Source: an archaeon (GTDB lineage Archaea > Nanobdellota > Nanobdellia > Pacearchaeales > GW2011-AR1). Taken from it: DNA of 51,706 nt. The notes under the pieces were generated by a model. That model did no database searches. It saw nothing but the letters and a program-made list of their open reading frames with translations, and was not told the origin of the DNA. The stretch covers positions 1-51,706 of the forward strand of contig JBDRCB010000010.1 of the NCBI GenBank assembly GCA_043822125.1. The letters are read 5' to 3'. Both the position numbers and the translations under genes were made by a program. Shown here piece after piece: positions 47,729 to 51,706 of the stretch; the first letter of the stretch is position 1; each line of letters opens with the position of its first letter.

Positions 47729-50403
47729 GAAATATTTTTTATTAATTCTTCACCAAATCCATTTTCTGTTTCCTGATTATAGAATGGCAATCCAATAACT
47801 CTATAATTTTTTGTTTCAACAAATTTTTTTAGACCGTATTTTGCAGATCTTTCTTTAACTTTAAGTAAAAGTTTTTCTTTCCATTTATCGGTTTCTTCGA
47901 TATGTTTTCCTTTTGGTTCTATAAATATTTGATAGGTAAAAGTTTTTCCATTTTTGATTTTTAAAAATAAAACAAAATCGGGAGCAAATGCCTGCCCATC
48001 ATCAAAATCATAAATTTTAAAGTGCAATTCATTTCTTATCAGATAGATCTTTTCGTAATTATCTTTGATATTCTTAGATTCAATTATTTTGTCTATAAAT
48101 TTTACACAGGCTTTCTCCTCAGAAGTGCCATAATTTGCATTAAAAACATACCATTCTTTATCTTTTACAAAATCTTCCATCCCCTTGGACCTTTCACTAT
48201 TTTTTGGTAATTTCAAAGTCAACTCTTTAAATATTTCTGAAATTTTTTCTTGCTTAATAAATTCTGAACCAACATAATTAACCCTTGTTCTTTCTAAACT
48301 TTCTTTAATTTTGTTTAATAATTTCAGAATAGCATCTAATTTATATTTATTTGATATATTTTCCAAGTCCTCTTTAGTACCTTTAAAATCCATACTGATC
48401 CCTGATAAAAACTCTCTTTTTCTTACTAAATCATTAATTGAATTAAGTGCATTCGGAAACATTTGTTTTAAATTTTCAAAATTAAAGAACTCTATTTTTG
48501 ATAAGGCATTTTTTATTATATGTTTGTCTATATCTTTTAATGAAATAGTTTTAATTTTCTTATTTATATTAGAACTATCATAAGTTGAATCATTAAATGC
48601 CATAGATACCTCTCCTTTTCCCGAATAAATTTCATAAATCTCATTCTTTTGTGTGAAATCCATATCTGCAAATGATTTTATATTAGAATAATCTTTTTTT
48701 ATTTTTTTATTAAGATAAATTATTCCATTTTTATAAAAAGAGGTTTTCTTGAATTCTTCTTTTAGAATTAATTCTTTTTCTACCACATCATCTAAATCAA
48801 TGCCTAATTCTTCTCTTATTGCATTCTTTAAGTCTGCTACATATCTTGATTCATTCCAACTATGAAAATATAACTCTTCTAAAATTCTTAATTCTCTTTG
48901 AGTATCTCCATCAAACTTTCTTTTATACCTTTCTTGTGTTCCATCTAATATGAATGGATAATATCTTGCTCCTCTACCTATTAGTTGAGCTTCTGAAATT
49001 GTTGATTGAGCAATTCTTCCCCTTGTGCTTCCACCTGTTGCCTGTTTATCTGAAACTCTAACTATATCAAATAAATTTAATACCTCCCATCCTTCGTTTA
49101 GTTTTTGAACTGCAAAAATTGCCCTTATGTTGTTATTGGCGGATTCTAAAGAATTTAAGATTTTTTCTTGGGATATTACTTCTTCTTTATCTCTTTGAGA
49201 AATTGATTTTTTATCCAAACTTTCTTCATTTACATTTAAGCAATTTTTTTCAGAAAATCCTCTTTGTATTTTTTTAATTAAATCAGATATTGATATTTTT
49301 TCTTTATTATAGAATTCAAATACTTTTTTCATAATCTTTTCATTGCTTTTTCTTTTAATCTCTTCAATATTCTTATTTGAAAGATTATCTATCAGTTTTC
49401 TAAAATCTAATTCATTTTGTTTTGATTCTTCTATAGTCAGAGTTGCTTTAAACATAATTACTGGCTTAAAATTCTTTAAACCTAAAGATTCTGGAAATTC
49501 TTTTGCGTATTTTGATGCTACATCTTGCCTGTATTGGTTTACTAAAACTGCTGTAAGCATCCTATACCTTTTATCTCCATCTACCCTGAATAATTCAATA
49601 TCTTTAGAATATCCTGCTTGATGAAAACTTGGTAAATCATATTTATACAATAATCTTTTTAGGTATTTTTCTTTAATGCCAGGATAACTTTCAAAACCCA
49701 TTGTTGCTGTAAATTCTAAAAGTAAGCTTAGTTTGTCTTTCTTTAGGATTTCTTCAATAGTGTTTTCCCAGTTTGGCTTATTAGTTAATGTTTTTTGTTT
49801 AGTCTGAACTTGTCCATGATGGGCTTCATCTGCGATTAAGACTATTCTTTTATCCTTAAAACTATCAAATGTAACTGCATTTTCTTTTTCGTTGTGCATA
49901 TCTGAATGAAGTTTTTGTATTGTTGTAAAACAGATATTTATTTCATCTTTATTCGAAGAGTCAAAATTATCTACTTCTCTTATTTGGATAGGTTTTCTAT
50001 CAATCACAATTTTTTGGTTAAATAGATATTTTATTGAGCTTTGATCTAAGAAGTTTTCTTTAGTTTTCCCAATGATATTATTAGAATTTACAAAAAATAA
50101 GAAGTTATTATATCCTTTTTTGTAAAGATAATTTATCAATCCTGCCATAATTAGAGTTTTACCTGAACCTGTTGCCATGTTAAATAAAACTGCTTTTGGA
50201 ATTGGTTTTTCTTGATATTGCTCAAAATAAGAAATAAACATCTGAAAAGCTTTTTCTTGATATTCTCTTAATGGAAAGTCTGGATTTAGATTATCCTTTA
50301 TTTCTTTAGGAATTTCTATTCTTTCAATATCTCTTGTTCCAATGTATTTTTCAATGTCTTCATATAACCAGTCTTTATTTCCTGCAAGAGTAGTCTGCCC
50401 CAT
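47725..50403 (-). CDS. res: Type III restriction-modification Res subunit
   Basis: MATGSGKT, DEAHH, EFTAT, EGWEV, QLIGRGAR, PDF...IEPKG. Confidence 0.92.
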   Translation of the reverse strand: MGQTTLAGNKDWLYEDIEKYIGTRDIERIEIPKEIKDNLNPDFPLREYQEKAFQMFISYFEQYQEKPIPKAVLFNMATGSGKTLIMAGLINYLYKKGYNNFLFFVNSNNIIGKTKENFLDQSSIKYLFNQKIVIDRKPIQIREVDNFDSSNKDEINICFTTIQKLHSDMHNEKENAVTFDSFKDKRIVLIADEAHHGQVQTKQKTLTNKPNWENTIEEILKKDKLSLLLEFTATMGFESYPGIKEKYLKRLLYKYDLPSFHQAGYSKDIELFRVDGDKRYRMLTAVLVNQYRQDVASKYAKEFPESLGLKNFKPVIMFKATLTIEESKQNELDFRKLIDNLSNKNIEEIKRKSNEKIMKKVFEFYNKEKISISDLIKKIQRGFSEKNCLNVNEESLDKKSISQRDKEEVISQEKILNSLESANNNIRAIFAVQKLNEGWEVLNLFDIVRVSDKQATGGSTRGRIAQSTISEAQLIGRGARYYPFILDGTQERYKRKFDGDTQRELRILEELYFHSWNESRYVADLKNAIREELGIDLDDVVEKELILKEEFKKTSFYKNGIIYLNKKIKKDYSNIKSFADMDFTQKNEIYEIYSGKGEVSMAFNDSTYDSSNINKKIKTISLKDIDKHIIKNALSKIEFFNFENLKQMFPNALNSINDLVRKREFLSGISMDFKGTKEDLENISNKYKLDAILKLLNKIKESLERTRVNYVGSEFIKQEKISEIFKELTLKLPKNSERSKGMEDFVKDKEWYVFNANYGTSEEKACVKFIDKIIESKNIKDNYEKIYLIRNELHFKIYDFDDGQAFAPDFVLFLKIKNGKTFTYQIFIEPKGKHIEETDKWKEKLLLKVKERSAKYGLKKFVETKNYRVIGLPFYNQETENGFGEELIKNIS

Positions 50404-51706
50404 CTATTTTCCTCCATAGAATTTTTTATTAAGTTCCTTGTCTTCTTTAGAAACCTTAAACTGAGAATCTTCTATTTCTGAAAGATTTACATAAAGCTGG
50501 TTTTTATTGAGCATTTCCACTAAGGTTTCTTTTTGTTGTTTTAATGTTAATTTCTCAAAATCCTTCTTATTATCATTAAACTTCTTAATCTCTACATCAT
50601 AATTCAAGAAATAATATTCGCACATCTCATCCCATATTTTAAGAAGAGATTTTGTATCCTTTGCATCTTGAATTTTATCAATCGCATCCTCATTATATTT
50701 TAGAAGTTCGCAATAAGTGAAAGATTCTTTTGACTTATCATTCTCTAAAACTTTTGTTATCCTTTTTTTTATTACATCTGCATGGGTATCTAATTGTTCA
50801 ATAAGAATAAATTGCCTATTTCCGCTATCTTCTTTATTTAATTCTAATGTTGCATGAGCAGTTGTTCCACTTCCACCAAAGAAATCCATAATAATGTCAT
50901 TATTTGAAGTCATTATCTTTAAGGTATCTACAACAGCATACAGAGATTTTGGATAACTAAAAATATTTTCGCCTAAAATCTTTTTTAAGAGATTTGTTCC
51001 TTGGAATTCTGGCAAATATTTTTTATCTGTCCAAATATTTTTTAAAACTTGTTGTTCTCTAAATTTATGATATATTTTTATTTCCCCATTTTCTTTCTTT
51101 GCTACAAAAAAGCCATTCACATTTCTTTCATCAAATGTTTCAGGTTTAGTCTTCCATGTAAATTCTGAACCATTCTTTTTAGGAAGTATTTCATAGTATC
51201 CTGATTTTTTTTCTAAAGTTACTTCTTTTAAGTCTTTACTAACATAAATTGGATACCAAAAAGATGGTTTACTCTTTCTAGAAGTACTAGACCTTGCTCT
51301 TATGAATTGTTCCCATCTAAACTTCCCTTCTTCATCTTCCTGATTAAAAGATTGGGCAACCCCCTCATCAAGCGTTACACTTCTAAATCTTCCTATGTTA
51401 CTATTTTTCGCATAAACTAACATATATTCTGTAGATGCAGAGAAAAATCTTTCATGTTGCCTACCTTTTGGATTGATTAGTATTGTAACGATTCCAACCC
51501 TATTTTCAGCTCCAAATATCTCGTCAGCGATTGCACCCAAATAAAACAATTCAACATGGTCTATTGTTATAGCAACAAAGCCATCATCTCTCAGAAAATC
51601 ATTAGCTACTTCTAATCTATTTTTCATAAATGTAAGCCAAGTTGAGTGTTTGAAATTATTATTATATGTGAATATTTCCGTTGCTCCTCCTGTATTATAT
51701 GGGGGG
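50404..51706 (-). CDS. mod: Type III R-M Mod DNA methyltransferase (5'-truncated)
   Basis: Frame open to the window edge reading PPYNTG...KHSTWLTFMKNRL; FSYPKS, DFFGGSGTTAHA. Confidence 0.92.
   Translation of the reverse strand, partial: PPYNTGGATEIFTYNNNFKHSTWLTFMKNRLEVANDFLRDDGFVAITIDHVELFYLGAIADEIFGAENRVGIVTILINPKGRQHERFFSASTEYMLVYAKNSNIGRFRSVTLDEGVAQSFNQEDEEGKFRWEQFIRARSSTSRKSKPSFWYPIYVSKDLKEVTLEKKSGYYEILPKKNGSEFTWKTKPETFDERNVNGFFVAKKENGEIKIYHKFREQQVLKNIWTDKKYLPEFQGTNLLKKILGENIFSYPKSLYAVVDTLKIMTSNNDIIMDFFGGSGTTAHATLELNKEDSGNRQFILIEQLDTHADVIKKRITKVLENDKSKESFTYCELLKYNEDAIDKIQDAKDTKSLLKIWDEMCEYYFLNYDVEIKKFNDNKKDFEKLTLKQQKETLVEMLNKNQLYVNLSEIEDSQFKVSKEDKELNKKFYGGK

Noticed and set aside
497-49621. 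Many short antisense or alternate-frame ORFs in the track (e.g. 16872-17426, 17791-18201, 31139-31534)
   Set aside because: They lie within confident genes and read like shadows of A-rich coding sequence.
1-51706. CRISPR array, rRNA, transposase or integrase
   Set aside because: I saw no regularly spaced repeat-spacer series, no long GC-rich RNA gene and no recombinase motifs.

Overview
AT-rich archaeal chromosomal segment, most consistent with a DPANN (Pacearchaeota/Woesearchaeota-like) genome. This rests on archaeal-type PheRS, TrpRS, Rpp30 and Elp3, a BHB-type tRNA intron and TATA-like intergenic gaps; the lineage call is inference. The housekeeping backbone contains nth, pheS/pheT, pyrH, ppsA, a ferredoxin, lemA/htpX, a thiI-like gene, pyrE/pyrF, trpS, thrS, elp3, an RbgA-like GTPase and three tRNAs (Glu-CTC with a 127-nt structured intron, Gln-CTG, Thr-GGT). 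Accessory elements are: (i) a 5'-truncated giant surface protein in an operon with a small basic protein and a MinD-like ATPase; (ii) next to tRNA-Gln, a three-gene cassette (radical SAM/SPASM-like, SelO/kinase-like, SAM methyltransferase) bounded by 16/18-bp inverted repeats that rejoin into one palindrome around TTAA, the best candidate for an undescribed system; (iii) a RelE-type TA pair between 46-bp direct repeats; (iv) a lytic transglycosylase and Tat-type polysaccharide deacetylase pair; (v) a truncated HsdR_N remnant with a DUF4258/DUF2283-like pair; (vi) a defence-island-like end (PIN + wHTH/Panacea-like, mini-thermonuclease operon, RadC, type III R-M). pyrF and a GNAT gene carry single-base frameshifts. 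All family calls come from motif recognition, not database searches.
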